Source of the DNA: a bacterium
GTDB lineage: Bacteria; UBA8248; JACPRG01; G963555815
DNA: 64,000 bases
Direction: 5' to 3'
Assembly (NCBI GenBank): GCA_965261595.1
Contig: CBDHDG010000005.1
Span: forward strand, 288,001-352,000
Below the pieces are notes generated by a model that was not told the DNA's origin, did not search any database, and was given only the letters and a program-made list of their open reading frames with translations. This document shows, piece by piece, positions 10,457 through 21,501 of the stretch (positions are counted from its first letter, which is position 1; each line of letters starts with the position of its first letter). The position numbers were made by a program, and so were the translations under genes.

Positions 10457-13167
10457 GGATGGCTCCCGTCGACTTTCCCGGGCGTCACGATCCCCAGGAC
10501 GGGGGTGTCCAGCCGGATGTACTTCCGCGCGGCGCGCAGGACATCCTCCGCGGTGAGCGCGTTGATCCGCTCCGGGAATCGCATGAACTCATCCCAGCCC
10601 AGGCCGTACCGCTCGTTGAAGGACATGTCCGCCGCCTGCGCCCCGTTCCGCTGGAGGTCGATCTCATACCCGCCGATGATGTACTTCTTGGCCCGCTCCA
10701 GCTCCTTGGAAGAGATCGGCGTGGACAGCAGATCCTGAAGCTCCCGCCGGATCCCTTCGAGCGCGGTTTCCACCTTTTCCGGCGTGGTGGCGATGTACAC
10801 GCCCAAGGCACCCGGGTCCATTCCCTCGAAATGAAAGGACGAGACCGCGTAGGCCAGACTCTGCTTGTCCCGCAGCTCCAGGAAGAGGCGGCCGCCTTGA
10901 CTCGACAGGACGGCGTTCAGGATCTCCAAGGGGTGGCGGTCCGCGTCATCCAGGGTCGCGCCCAGGAAACCGAACGTGATGTGGGCCTGCTTCTTCTCCC
11001 GGTGGACCACCTTCCGCACCGGGCTCTCCGGCGGGCGCGCGGGCGTTGGGACCGGAAGCGAGAACTTTTCCCCGCCTGTGCGGCCGAACGCCTCTTTCAT
11101 CCGGCGGACGACGGTTTCGGTCCGGATGTCTCCGACCACGGCCAGGACCAGGTTGTCGGGCGTGGTCACGCTCCGGTAGTAGGCCAGAAGGTCCTCGCGC
11201 CGTATCGACCGGACCGAGTCGGCCGTCCCGTTCACCGGCAGGGCGTACGGATGTTGCCCGTAGAGCGTGCGGAAAAAAAGCTTGAAGGCGGATTGTGACA
11301 GGTTGTCCTCCTCGCGCTTGATCTCGGCCAGGATGTCGCGGCGTGATTTCTCGACTTCCTCGGGATCGAACGCCGGATGAAGCATCGCCTCGGTGAGCAG
11401 GTCGATCAGGGGGTCGAAGAATCGGGCCAGGGATTCCGCCGCGACGCCCAGACTGTTCCGCCCGGAAAAGCCGGAGATGCCGGCCGCCAGGGAATCCACC
11501 CGCGTCGCGAACTCGGTGGCGGTGTGGCGCTCGGTCCCCCGGGTCAGGAGGTCGGCGATGAAGTTGTTGATGCCGTTGCGCTTTGCGTCCTCGAAGCGGG
11601 TCCCCCCCAGGTAAACGGCCCGGACGGCCACGGTCGGAATCGACGGGTTCTCTTTGACCAGGAGGGTGACGCCGTTGGGGAGAATCTCCCGGTGAACCCC
11701 GGTGCCGGGGCGGCCTCCGGGGGACGGGCCGGCCGGGGCGGAGACGGAATGCCCGTTGGGAGCAGGGCCCGCGCCCGATGGGGTCCGCGCCTCCGCGGCG
11801 GGGTTCGCCGCCTCCTCGGCCGCCGCGCGGATCTCGCCCTCGTCCGCGAATGCGGCTTGCGCCTTCGGCGTGAGGACCGCGACGGTCAGGTTATCATTTT
11901 TTAAATATTTCCGCGCCGCTTCCCGGATGGCCTCCGGCGTCAGGGCCCGGATGCGCTCCACGTAATCCTTCTCGAAATCCAGGTTCCCCGCCACGGTTTC
12001 GAAGTATCCCAGACCCTGCGCCTGGCCCTGGACGGTTTCCCGGCGGAAGATGAAGTCCGCCTCGATGTTGAGCTTGGCCTTCTCGAGCTCGGCGTCCGAC
12101 GGGGGGTCGTCCTTGAGCGCGTAAATCTCCCGCAGGATGGCTTGAAGGGCGGCGGCCAGCTTCTCCGGCTCCAGAACAGCCCCCGCCACCCACACGCCCG
12201 GGTCCTTCGGCGTGTACGCGGACGATGAGACGGAATGGACGAGCCCGAGCTCATCCTTCACCCGGCGGTGCAGCCGGCTGCTCTCTCCCTGCCCGGCCAC
12301 GAGCGAGAGCACGTCCAGGGCGTAGACATCCTCGTGATTCAGCGCGGGGATGTGAAAGGCCGTATCGAGGTGGGCTTCCTGGACGTTGTCCTCGAGGGTG
12401 ACGACGCGCATTCCGGTCTGTTCGGGCTCGGGGGGCCGGGGCCGCTCCGGGACCGGCCGGGAGGCCCAATCCTCGAAGGCCTCACGGATTCGGGGCAGGG
12501 CCTCATCGGCCTGAAAATCCCCCGCCACCACGAGGGCGATGTTTTCGGGGACGTACCACTTCCTGAAGAAATCGACGATGGCGGGCCGCCTGAAGGTGCG
12601 CAGAAGCCGGGTGGTTCCGATGACGGGCCGGCGGTATGAATGGACCCGGTAGGTTTCTTGAAACAGCGCTTGGGACAAGCGGCGCGAGGGGATGTCCTCG
12701 CCCCGTTTCACCTCCTCGAGGACCACCTCGAGCTCTTTCTTCAGCTCCTCCGGGTCGAAGGCCGAGTTCCGGACGACGTCGGCCACGATGTCGAGACCGG
12801 TGTCGAAAAACCGGCTGGCGAGGACGATGTGATACACCGTCTGATCGAAAGATGTGAACGCGTTGATGTCGCCGCCCGCGCTCTCCACTTCCTGGGCGAT
12901 CTGACCGACCTGCCGCCGCTGGGTCCCTTTGAACATCATGTGTTCGAGAACGTGGGCGAGGCCGGATTCCGCGTCGGTTTCGTCCCCGCTTCCCACCTTG
13001 ACCCAGACGTTGAAGGCCACCACGGGGGAAGCGTGGTTTTCCTGCAAGATCACCGTCAGGCCGTTTCGCAGGGTGTGGCGGTTCAGGCGGGGTTCGCCTT
13101 CGATGGCCCCCGGAGCGCGTCCGCCCGCAAGCGAGGCTCCCAAGGAGGTGAGATCCATGGATGACAT
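10453..13167 (-). CDS. M16 (pitrilysin/insulinase) family zinc peptidase, fused two-unit form; start approximate
   Basis: HVLEHMMFKGT (HxxEH), INAFTSFDQT; second inactive M16 half after a Pro/Ala linker. Confidence 0.92.
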   Translation of the reverse strand: MSSMDLTSLGASLAGGRAPGAIEGEPRLNRHTLRNGLTVILQENHASPVVAFNVWVKVGSGDETDAESGLAHVLEHMMFKGTQRRQVGQIAQEVESAGGDINAFTSFDQTVYHIVLASRFFDTGLDIVADVVRNSAFDPEELKKELEVVLEEVKRGEDIPSRRLSQALFQETYRVHSYRRPVIGTTRLLRTFRRPAIVDFFRKWYVPENIALVVAGDFQADEALPRIREAFEDWASRPVPERPRPPEPEQTGMRVVTLEDNVQEAHLDTAFHIPALNHEDVYALDVLSLVAGQGESSRLHRRVKDELGLVHSVSSSAYTPKDPGVWVAGAVLEPEKLAAALQAILREIYALKDDPPSDAELEKAKLNIEADFIFRRETVQGQAQGLGYFETVAGNLDFEKDYVERIRALTPEAIREAARKYLKNDNLTVAVLTPKAQAAFADEGEIRAAAEEAANPAAEARTPSGAGPAPNGHSVSAPAGPSPGGRPGTGVHREILPNGVTLLVKENPSIPTVAVRAVYLGGTRFEDAKRNGINNFIADLLTRGTERHTATEFATRVDSLAAGISGFSGRNSLGVAAESLARFFDPLIDLLTEAMLHPAFDPEEVEKSRRDILAEIKREEDNLSQSAFKLFFRTLYGQHPYALPVNGTADSVRSIRREDLLAYYRSVTTPDNLVLAVVGDIRTETVVRRMKEAFGRTGGEKFSLPVPTPARPPESPVRKVVHREKKQAHITFGFLGATLDDADRHPLEILNAVLSSQGGRLFLELRDKQSLAYAVSSFHFEGMDPGALGVYIATTPEKVETALEGIRRELQDLLSTPISSKELERAKKYIIGGYEIDLQRNGAQAADMSFNERYGLGWDEFMRFPERINALTAEDVLRAARKYIRLDTPVLGIVTPGKVDGSHP

Positions 13168-13413
13168 CCAGCCGATTCCTTTCATTGGTTTGCGCTGTTC
13201 GAGGCCCCGCCGCCTGTATCCCTCCTTGCGCTTTTGCCTCATGACTGTCAAGGGGGAGGGCGCCATGATTTCTATCCATTTTCCGCCGAGGCGCGGTATT
13301 CTTACATCCGGACATATTCGGAGAGGGTTTCCGGCTTTCCTCCCATCCCCGAATCGGAGAGGGAGGGAGAGGCGTTCCAGGCGGCGGGCGTCCTGAGCCC
13401 ATGGAGTCGGACG

Positions 13414-14189
13414 ATGCGGTATGCGCGAATCTGTTTCATTTCGGTCGCGGTGATCGCGGCCCTTTTCAGTCGGACGGTCCGGGCCGGGGGGGGGGAGCCG
13501 TTTCGGGGGAAGACGTTGAAGGAGGTCCGAAAAGGACTTCCCGTGAAGGAAATCGAGGGGGTCATCCGCGAGTATCTCCTGCGAACCCCGAGGTCGTCGA
13601 GGAAGCCTTGCGGCGTCTCCGGGAAAAGAGGCGAAGGGCCAAGGCGGCGGCGGTGAAACGGGTAATTGCCAGGCGGGCGCGGGACCTGTTCCGCGATCCG
13701 GAATCGCCCGTCGGCGGCAATCCCGATGGAGACGTCACGCTGGTCGAGTTCTTTGATTACCGGTGCGTCCATTGTCGGCGAATCGCGCCGATGATGATCA
13801 AAGCCGAGCAAGGCGACCCGAACCTCCGGATTGTCTACAAAGAGTTTCCCATACTGGGGCCCGAATCCTCTTTGGCCTCGCGGGCGGCGCTGGCTTCGCG
13901 GCGGCAGGGAAAATACCTTGTCTTCCACAAGGCGCTGATGCGGACGAAAAACCCCTTCACCGAGGAGGGCATTCTCCGGACCGCCGCCTCTGTCGGGATC
14001 GACACGGCGCGGCTTCGGAAAGACATGGAGGCCCCGGGCGCCTTCCGGGCGATTCGGCGGAACTACGCACTGGCCCGGGCGCTCGGGATCGATGGGACCC
14101 CGGCCTTCGTCGTGGGGGATGAGCTGATCCCGGGCGCCGTCGATCTGGAGGCGCTCAAGGCGCTGATCGCGCGGTCGAGGTCCAGGTAG
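13414..14189 (+). pseudogene. DsbA-family (thioredoxin-fold) periplasmic protein with a 1-nt frameshift near 13581 (possibly a sequencing error)
   Basis: Signal peptide and IREYLL in one frame; ANPEV...EFFDYRCVHC...GTPAF in the next. Confidence 0.85.
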
Positions 14190-14316
14190 CGGCCGCGCGG
14201 GAACAACCGGCCGCTGACCCGCGTCATCGCCGATTGATCGGGGGGAGGGAGAGGGGAGGGGGAAGGGGAGAGCGGGGATTGAGCTTCGGCCGGGAATCTC
14301 GCGGTTGCCGCCCGGC

Positions 14317-15312
14317 TCAGAGCCCGAGCTTCTCAAGGACCTTCGGGTTGACCACATGGAGCGGGCGCTCGCCCCGCAGAAACCGCGCCGCCTCGGCCGG
14401 CGCGCCCTCGTGCAGACCCTCCAGGGCTTCTTCGGAATACCAGGCCGAATGCGGCGTGACGATGTTCCGGGGAAAGCTCAGCAGCGGATGGTCCGGGGAC
14501 AGGGGAGATGGGTCCTCCACCACGTCCAGGCCCGCCGCCGCGATCCATCCCTCCGACAGGGCCTTCACCAGGGCCTCGTTGTCCACGATGGGGCCGCGCG
14601 CGCAGTTGATCAGGCAGGCCGTCGGTTTCATCCGCCGGAGCTGCGCTTCGCCGATCATGTGACGGGTGTCCGGAAGCAGGGGGGTGTGGACGGTCAGAAA
14701 ATCCGACTCCTCGAGCAGCTTGTCCAGCGACGCCGCCTCCAGCCCCTCCTTCTCGCCCGCCTCCGCCGGCACGTACGGGTCGTGATACAGGACCCGCATC
14801 TCGAACGCCCGCGCCCGCGCGGCCACCTTCCGGGCGATGCTCCCGAGGCCCAGGACCCCGAGGGTTTTGCCGGCGATCCGGCGCATGGGCTTGGCCGCCT
14901 CCACGTCCCAGACGCCCCGGCGGACGTCCCGGTCGTAGACGGTGATGTTCCGGGCCATGGCCAGAAGGAGCGCCAGGGTGTGCTCGGCCACCTCATCGAG
15001 GCAGTACGTGGGATTGTTCGTCACGATGATGCCGTGATCGGTGGCGGCTTCCAGGTCGATGGTGTCCACCCCGATTCCGTAGCGGGCGATCATCTTCAGC
15101 GAAGGCAGGGCCTCGAAGAGCGCCCGGTCCAGGGGGACGAAATAGGTGTTCAGCAGCACCCGGGCGCCCCGGGCCGTCTCCACCAGCTCCTCGGCGCTTT
15201 TGCACTGGATGGCGATGAACTCGACGCCCAGAGAGCCGAAGAGCGCCTCTTCCGGCTCAAGGGAATCCCACACGTAGTCGGTCAGGACGACCTTGATCGG
15301 GTCCGAAGCCAT
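14317..15312 (-). CDS. D-2-hydroxyacid dehydrogenase (SerA/CtBP-like)
   Basis: RYGIGVD, GLGSIA, INCARG, GLDV, TPHSAWYS. Confidence 0.9.
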   Translation of the reverse strand: MASDPIKVVLTDYVWDSLEPEEALFGSLGVEFIAIQCKSAEELVETARGARVLLNTYFVPLDRALFEALPSLKMIARYGIGVDTIDLEAATDHGIIVTNNPTYCLDEVAEHTLALLLAMARNITVYDRDVRRGVWDVEAAKPMRRIAGKTLGVLGLGSIARKVAARARAFEMRVLYHDPYVPAEAGEKEGLEAASLDKLLEESDFLTVHTPLLPDTRHMIGEAQLRRMKPTACLINCARGPIVDNEALVKALSEGWIAAAGLDVVEDPSPLSPDHPLLSFPRNIVTPHSAWYSEEALEGLHEGAPAEAARFLRGERPLHVVNPKVLEKLGL

Positions 15313-15542
15313 CTGGTTCCGCCTCCGTGGAATGGGTGTGGCCGAAGCGGGCCTCGGCAACGGGTTCTGAAGTGGTTTTCGCAACGAGGCTCCGATCCTA
15401 CGAAATCGGTCCCGTAGGAGTCAACCGGAGTCTTGCGGGCTTGAGAGAAAAAATCCCCTTGTGGTAAGATTCGACGTAACGCCTTGAGACTTTTGGCGTT
15501 TTGGTCCATCGAACAATCCCTCCGGAAGAGAGGAGAGCCGAA

Positions 15543-16121
15543 GTGGCGGATGGCGGGGGCGGCGGCTCACGGGTCCGGTTGGCGGCTGACAGGACGGCGC
15601 TGGTCGTGGTGGATATGCAGGAGCGCCTGATGGCCGCCATGCCCGAGGAAGCCCGCGGCCGAACCGTCCGCAACGTCGGGATCCTCCTGAGCCTGTCCGG
15701 GCGGATGGGTCTCCCCGCCGTGGCGACCGAGCAATATCCCAAGGGGTTGGGCCGCACCATCCCCGAGGTCCGGGACGCCGTCGCCGATTTTCGCCCGGTG
15801 GAGAAGATCGCCTTCAGCTCCTGCGGGGCCGCGGGGTTCATGGACCGGATCACGGCGAATCGGACCCGGGCCGTGGTGGTCGCCGGGACCGAGACCCACG
15901 TTTGCGTCTTCCAGACCGTCTGCGATCTGCTGGACTCGGGATTGAACGTTCACGTGCCTTCGGACGCCGTCTGCTCTCGGACCGCTTCCAATTGGGAGGT
16001 CGGCCTGCGGCTGATGGAAAGGGCCGGGGCGGTCATTACCTCCACGGAGACCGTCGTCTTCGATGTCCTCCGCGTCGCCGGGACGGATGATTTCAAATTC
16101 ATGGCCCCCCTCCTGAAGTAG
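15543..16121 (+). CDS. Isochorismatase-family hydrolase (YcaC-like)
   Basis: VVDMQERL, TEQYPKGLG, FSSC, GTETHVCV. Confidence 0.9.
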   Translation: MADGGGGGSRVRLAADRTALVVVDMQERLMAAMPEEARGRTVRNVGILLSLSGRMGLPAVATEQYPKGLGRTIPEVRDAVADFRPVEKIAFSSCGAAGFMDRITANRTRAVVVAGTETHVCVFQTVCDLLDSGLNVHVPSDAVCSRTASNWEVGLRLMERAGAVITSTETVVFDVLRVAGTDDFKFMAPLLK

Positions 16122-16155
16122 CGCCCGAGCGGGACGCCTGGAAAGGAAAAGAATC

Positions 16156-16926
16156 ATGGCCCATCATCGACTGAAGGCGCGCCTGAACGCGGGAGAAACG
16201 GTGTTCGGCGTATTTCTGGGCATCCCCGCTCCGCCCATGGCGGAGATCGCCGGCTGGGCCGGCTTCGACTTTGTCTTCGCGGACACCGAGCACGGGCCCG
16301 GACATTCGGAGAGCGTGGTGGGGATGGTCCGGGCCGCCGAAGCGGGCGGGACCGAGGCCCTCGTCCGGGTGACCTCCTCGGAGCGGACGAACATCCTGCG
16401 CGCCCTGGACGCCGGCGCCTCGGGGGTCCTCGTGCCCCAGGTGAACTCCAAAGAGGAGGCCGAGCGGGCCGGCGCCGCCGCCCACTATCCGCCCGACGGC
16501 GTCCGCGGGATCGCCTTCTCCATCCGCGCGGCGCGGTACGGCCTCAGAAAGCCCGCCGAATACCTGGCCGCCGCCAAGGAAGAAACCCTCGTGTGCGTTC
16601 AGGTGGAGTCCGGGCGGGCGGTGGAGCGGGTGGCGGAAATCGCCTCGGTCCCGCTGATCGATGTCCTGTTCGTCGGCCCCACCGACCTGAGCATGAACCT
16701 GGGACACCCCGGAGATCCGACCCACCCGGAGGTGGAAGAGGCCATCGACCGGATATTCGAGGCGGCCCTGGCTTCCGGCAAGGTCCCCGCCATCCTGGCC
16801 AACGATGTTCCCACGGCTGAAAAATGGATGGCCAAGGGCGCGAGGATGCTCGCGGCCAACGGGACGGGCATCCTCTCCAAGGGCATGGCCGATCTCCAGT
16901 CCGGTTTCCGAAGTCTGACAGGATGA
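16156..16926 (+). CDS. HpcH/HpaI-family aldolase
   Basis: GFDFVFADTEHG, ALDAGASGVLVP, QVES, FVGPTDLS. Confidence 0.9.
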   Translation: MAHHRLKARLNAGETVFGVFLGIPAPPMAEIAGWAGFDFVFADTEHGPGHSESVVGMVRAAEAGGTEALVRVTSSERTNILRALDAGASGVLVPQVNSKEEAERAGAAAHYPPDGVRGIAFSIRAARYGLRKPAEYLAAAKEETLVCVQVESGRAVERVAEIASVPLIDVLFVGPTDLSMNLGHPGDPTHPEVEEAIDRIFEAALASGKVPAILANDVPTAEKWMAKGARMLAANGTGILSKGMADLQSGFRSLTG

Positions 16927-18050
16927 GCCGGACTGTCCGACGGGTTGCGCTCCTGTTCGGGGGCCGGTCGGCCGAGCACCGGGTGTCGCTGGCCTCGGCG
17001 GTCTCGGTCGCCCGATCCGCCGATCCGGAAGACCTGCTGATTCTGCCCGTTTTGATCGGGACCGACGGGGCGTGGACCCTCCTGGAGTTGCCGGAGGCCC
17101 TCCCCCCCCCTTCAGCGCGGGGCGTTCGCGTCACCCTGAGGCCCGAGCCCGGCCCTCCCGCGCTGGTGGAGATCCCGGGCGGGACGGCCCATCCGTTCGA
17201 CGTGGCCTTTCCCGTCATACACGGCCCGGGCGGTGAAGACGGGTCCCTCCAGGGAATTTTGGAGTGGGCCGAGGTCCCGTTCGTCGGCGCGGGCGTGGCG
17301 GCGTCGGCGGCCGGGATGGACAAGGAATTGACCAAGATCATCTGCCGCTCGGCGGGCGTGCCGGTGGTCGATTGGGCGACGCTGCGGTGGGAGGTCCACC
17401 GGGACGATCCGAAGGCGGTGCGAAGGGCGCTCGAAGAACGGGATCTCGAGCCGCCGCTCTTCGTCAAGCCGGTCGCCCTGGGGAGCAGCGTGGGCATCAG
17501 CCGAGTGGACCGCGAAGGGGACCTGGACGAGGCGGTGGCCGCGGCGTTCCGTTTCCACAACCGCGTGGTTGTGGAAAGGGCCGTCGAGGGCCGCGAGATC
17601 GAGTGCGCCGTGTTGGGGAACACGACCGGAGGGGAGGGGGATGACGCCCCGGCGGCGTCCGTGGCGCTGGCGGAAATCCTGCCCCGGGGAGGCTGGTACG
17701 ACTACGAGCGGAAATACACCGATGGGGCGACGGAAATCGTCATCCCGGCCTCGGTCGAAGAACCTCTCGCCGATCAGATCCGGACCTTGGCCCTGCGGGC
17801 TTACACGGCCCTGGGCGTGGACGGAATGGCCCGGGTGGATTTTCTGGTCGAGGACCCCTCCGGGCGCCCCACGGCGCTCCTGAACGAGTTGAACACCATC
17901 CCCGGCTTTACGGCGACCAGCGTCTACGCGAAGCTGTGGGAGGCGGGCGGGCTCCCGTATCCGGGGTTAATCAGCCGCTTGGTTGATCTGGGTCTCGCCA
18001 GACGCCGGTTCCTGGACCGGTTCGCGGCGGCGCGCGGCATCGACGACTGA
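16923..18050 (+). CDS. ddl: D-alanine--D-alanine ligase
   Basis: FGGRSAEHRVS, HGPGGEDG, FVKP..GSSVG, YDYERKY, NELNTIPGFT. Confidence 0.95.
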   Translation: MSRTVRRVALLFGGRSAEHRVSLASAVSVARSADPEDLLILPVLIGTDGAWTLLELPEALPPPSARGVRVTLRPEPGPPALVEIPGGTAHPFDVAFPVIHGPGGEDGSLQGILEWAEVPFVGAGVAASAAGMDKELTKIICRSAGVPVVDWATLRWEVHRDDPKAVRRALEERDLEPPLFVKPVALGSSVGISRVDREGDLDEAVAAAFRFHNRVVVERAVEGREIECAVLGNTTGGEGDDAPAASVALAEILPRGGWYDYERKYTDGATEIVIPASVEEPLADQIRTLALRAYTALGVDGMARVDFLVEDPSGRPTALLNELNTIPGFTATSVYAKLWEAGGLPYPGLISRLVDLGLARRRFLDRFAAARGIDD

Positions 18051-18162
18051 CCCGGTTGGCGGGGGAGGGGGGGGGGCGTCACAGCGGAATTGCGAAGATC
18101 CGGGTTTCGGGATCAGGAGGTTCCATGAAGACTGAAGACGCGCCCAAAGGGAGCGGCCGCCG

Positions 18163-19002
18163 ATGACCCTCGCGGCTTTGATCCTCCTGGCCTATGTCGG
18201 GTTGACCTACGCCTTTCGTCTCTATGAAAAAGGGAAGGATCCCGACTTCTCGCGGCGCTTTTACCGGATCTCGTGGCGAGGGATCGGGGGCGTTCTCGTC
18301 GAGACGATGTGCACGGCCGTCCTGATTGTCCTTTGGATTGCGGATTGGGTCTGGACGCTGGCGCGCCGCCTGCTCCGGATGGAGAGGAAGGCGCGGGCTT
18401 CCTTCCGGCCCGGGGATCGGCCCGTGGTCCTGTGCCACGGATATCACATGCGGGGCCTGACGTTAGGGGTTCTGGCTTTTCGGCTGCGGAGGATGGGCCG
18501 ATCGGTGATCACCCTGCCCAACTTCGGACCCGGCACGGCGGGAATCCGGCGCTACGCCGACCAGTTGAGCGACCACATCCGCGAGGTCCTTCAGGAAACG
18601 GGGGCCGACGCCGTAGACCTCGTCGGACACAGCATGGGGGGGCTCGTCGCGAGGGCCTGCGCGGCAAACGCCCGCCGCTCGGCCTCCGACGATCTCCGTA
18701 TCGCCCATCTCGTGACGCTCGGGACTCCGCACCGGGGGAGCGGTTTCTGGGTGTTCACATGGGGCGAGTGCGGGCTGGACATGAGGCCGGGGAGCCCGTT
18801 CCTCGCGTGGCTGGAGGAAGACCCCCCGGACGTTGACGGGACGGCGGTTTATTCACCCTTCGACGCCTTTATTCCCGAGGATTCCGCCTCGGGATGGAGC
18901 GCCCCGGCCGTCCGGAAGGTTCGCGTCGACGGCGTTGGCCACATCGCGCTGAGCATGCTCGCAGAACCCGCCCGGCGGGTCATCGAGGCGCTGAAAGATT
19001 GA
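18163..19002 (+). CDS. Membrane-anchored lipase/esterase (alpha/beta hydrolase)
   Basis: VVLCHG, GHSMGG, TLGTPHRG, GVGH; two N-terminal hydrophobic segments. Confidence 0.8.
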   Translation: MTLAALILLAYVGLTYAFRLYEKGKDPDFSRRFYRISWRGIGGVLVETMCTAVLIVLWIADWVWTLARRLLRMERKARASFRPGDRPVVLCHGYHMRGLTLGVLAFRLRRMGRSVITLPNFGPGTAGIRRYADQLSDHIREVLQETGADAVDLVGHSMGGLVARACAANARRSASDDLRIAHLVTLGTPHRGSGFWVFTWGECGLDMRPGSPFLAWLEEDPPDVDGTAVYSPFDAFIPEDSASGWSAPAVRKVRVDGVGHIALSMLAEPARRVIEALKD

Positions 19003-19123
19003 ATCGTCCGGGAATCGCCCCCGGGAGATAAGGGGGCGCTCTTCCCGGCGGGGCCGAATCCGGCCCTTTCGGGTGGGTCCTTCGTGATCCACCTTCCTCC
19101 GAGCTCGCTCCCGGACAGGTGGG

Positions 19124-20069
19124 GTGATGCGCGTCTTGATCATCGGCAACCCGATCGCCGGCGTGGGCAGGGCGGGCCGGCGCGTCGGAGAGCTGGCCCG
19201 GCTTCTTCGAGACCGGGGGTGCGAGGTGACAACGCGCCTGACGCGCGGCCCGGGGGACGCGCGCGCGTTCGCCGAAGGCGTCGGCGGAGACGTGGACTGC
19301 CTGGTGATCGCGGGCGGCGACGGCACGATCCATGAGGCGATCAACGGCTTGGCCGATCCGTCCGGCGCGCCGATCGCGATCCTCGGAGTCGGAACCGCCA
19401 ACCTGTTGGCGCGCGACCTGGATCTGCCCCGCACCCCGCAAGGCGTGGCCGACTTGATCCATCACGGCCGGACGCGGATGCTCGACCTGGGGCTGATCGG
19501 CGGAGAGCGGCGATTTTTCGCGCTGGTCAGCGCCGGGTTGGACGCGATGGTCATTCGCGCCCTGCACGGGACGCGCCGGGGCGCCCTCGGGTTCGGGGGC
19601 TATCCGCTCCCGATTCTCAAGGCGATTTCCCGTTACCGGGCGCCGAGGCTCCGCGTGAGTGTGGAGGGGGGGCGGCCGATCGAGGGCGCGTGGGTTGTTG
19701 TGGCCAACACGTTCACGTACGCGGGATTCCTGAGCGTGGCCGACCGCGCCCGGTGCGATTCGGGTCACCTGGACGTGGTGGTTTTTCCGCGGGGATCGCT
19801 CCCCGCGCTGGCCCGTTACGCCTGGGCGGGCTGGCGGAGCCGGGTTTCGAGCCTGCCCGGTGTTTCCTACATCAACCGGTGCGTCCGTCCGGATTGATTC
19901 GTCCGATCCCGTGGATGTCGAAGTGGACGGCGAGCACTACGGCGTCACGCCGATCGACATCACGCTGCAAACCGCGGCGGCGCGAGTGCTGACGCCGGTT
20001 TTGCCTGGCTCGGCGGCCCGCCCCGGGTCTCTCGGCGGCGCGTTTGACAGGGCGCGGGATACGCAATAG
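19124..20069 (+). pseudogene. Diacylglycerol kinase-family lipid kinase with a 1-nt frameshift near 19874 (possibly a sequencing error)
   Basis: NPIAG, GGDGT, GTANLLA; the C-terminal VEVDGE motif lies in another frame. Confidence 0.85.
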
Positions 20070-20072
20070 ATT
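20044..20072 (+). promoter_or_regulatory. Putative sigma70 promoter for mgtE
   Basis: TTGACA-17 nt-TAGATT. Confidence 0.5.
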
Positions 20073-20129
20073 TCCATCCTGGCAATCGAGCGGGATTGCG
20101 TCGCGGCGGGCCCGCGGGGGGAGATCGGG

Positions 20130-21487
20130 ATGGTCCAGAGCCAGGAACAAAGACTCCACCTTACGCAGGATTCCTTCCGGCGGCTGATGCGGCGGGGCGC
20201 GACCGCGCACGCCCAAAACCTGCTTGAGAAGCTTCACGCGGCGGACCTGGCGGAAATCCTCCGACACATGGCCGAGGAAGAGAAGCGGTCGACCTTCGGG
20301 TTGATCGAGGATCGGGTGCGGGCGGCTCGGGTCCTCAGCGAATGCGACGAGCAGACGGCCAAAGAGCTCCTCGAGCCCATGGAGCCGAAGGACGCGGCGG
20401 CGCTCTTTCAGGAAATCGACGCCGACGACGTGACCGACCTCATCAACCTGCTGCCGGATGAGGAGGCCAAGGCGGTTCTGGACATCCTCCAGGCCCGGTG
20501 GCCGAGCCGGTGACCGACCTGCTCCAGTACGGGGAGGAGACCGCCGGCGGGATCATGACGCCCCACTGTCTGGCGCTGCACGAGGCCATGACGGCCGGCG
20601 AGGCCATCACCCGCGTCCGGAAGGAAAGTGAGGCCGAAACGGTTTTCTACATTTACGTGATGGACGAAGACAACCACCTGGAAGGCGTGATCTCCCTGCG
20701 CCAGCTCCTCCTGGCCCCCCCGGAAGCCACCCTCAAGGGCATGAGCCGGGAGGATGTCTATCGGGTGTCCACCGACACGGACCAGGAGGAGGTCGCGCGG
20801 CTCGTCGAGAGGTATGACCTGCTGGCGGTCCCGGTTGTGGACCACGAGAACCATCTGGTCGGGATCGTCACGGTGGACGACGTCATCGATGTCCTCCGGG
20901 CCGAGGCCACGGAGGACATTCTCAAGATGGCCGGCACCCACGACGAGGAGATCCTGACCCGGTCGGCCTTCCGCGTGGCGCGCTACCGTCTCCCCTGGCT
21001 TTTGGTCGGTCTGGCCGTGGGGATGGTGACCGCCCAAGTCATCGCCCGTTTCTCAGGGCTCATCTCGGACCGGGTCTACCTGGCGGCCTTTATGCCGTTG
21101 ATCCTGGGGATGGGGGGGATTGTGGGCAACCAGTCGGTGACTGTCCTGGTCCGGGGGCTCGCCACCGGGCGGCTGAATCCCGCGCAGTGGGCGCAGATCA
21201 TCTGGAAGCAGTTCCAAGTGGGGGTCCTGCTGGGGCTCGCCATCGCCATCCTCCTGGGCGGGATCACCGCCTTGCTCTACACGGAAACGCCGTGGCTCGG
21301 CCCGACGGTCGGTCTGGCCATCCTGATCGGAATCGTGGTCGCGGCGGTGTGGTCCGTCCTGGTCCCGTTGGCCTTCACCTGGCTCCGAATCGATCCGGCC
21401 GTGGCGACGCAGCCCTTCGTTTCCACGACCATCGACATCGTCAGCGCGCTGATCTACTTTACGATGGCCTCCGTCCTGCTCATCTGA
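20130..21487 (+). pseudogene. mgtE: Magnesium transporter MgtE with a 1-nt frameshift near 20495 (possibly a sequencing error)
   Basis: N-domain LHAADLAEIL; then YGEETAGGIM, CBS pair, RLPWL, GMGG.VGNQ, DPAVATQPFVSTTID. Confidence 0.92.
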
Positions 21488-21501
21488 GGGAGCCGGCCGC
21501 T

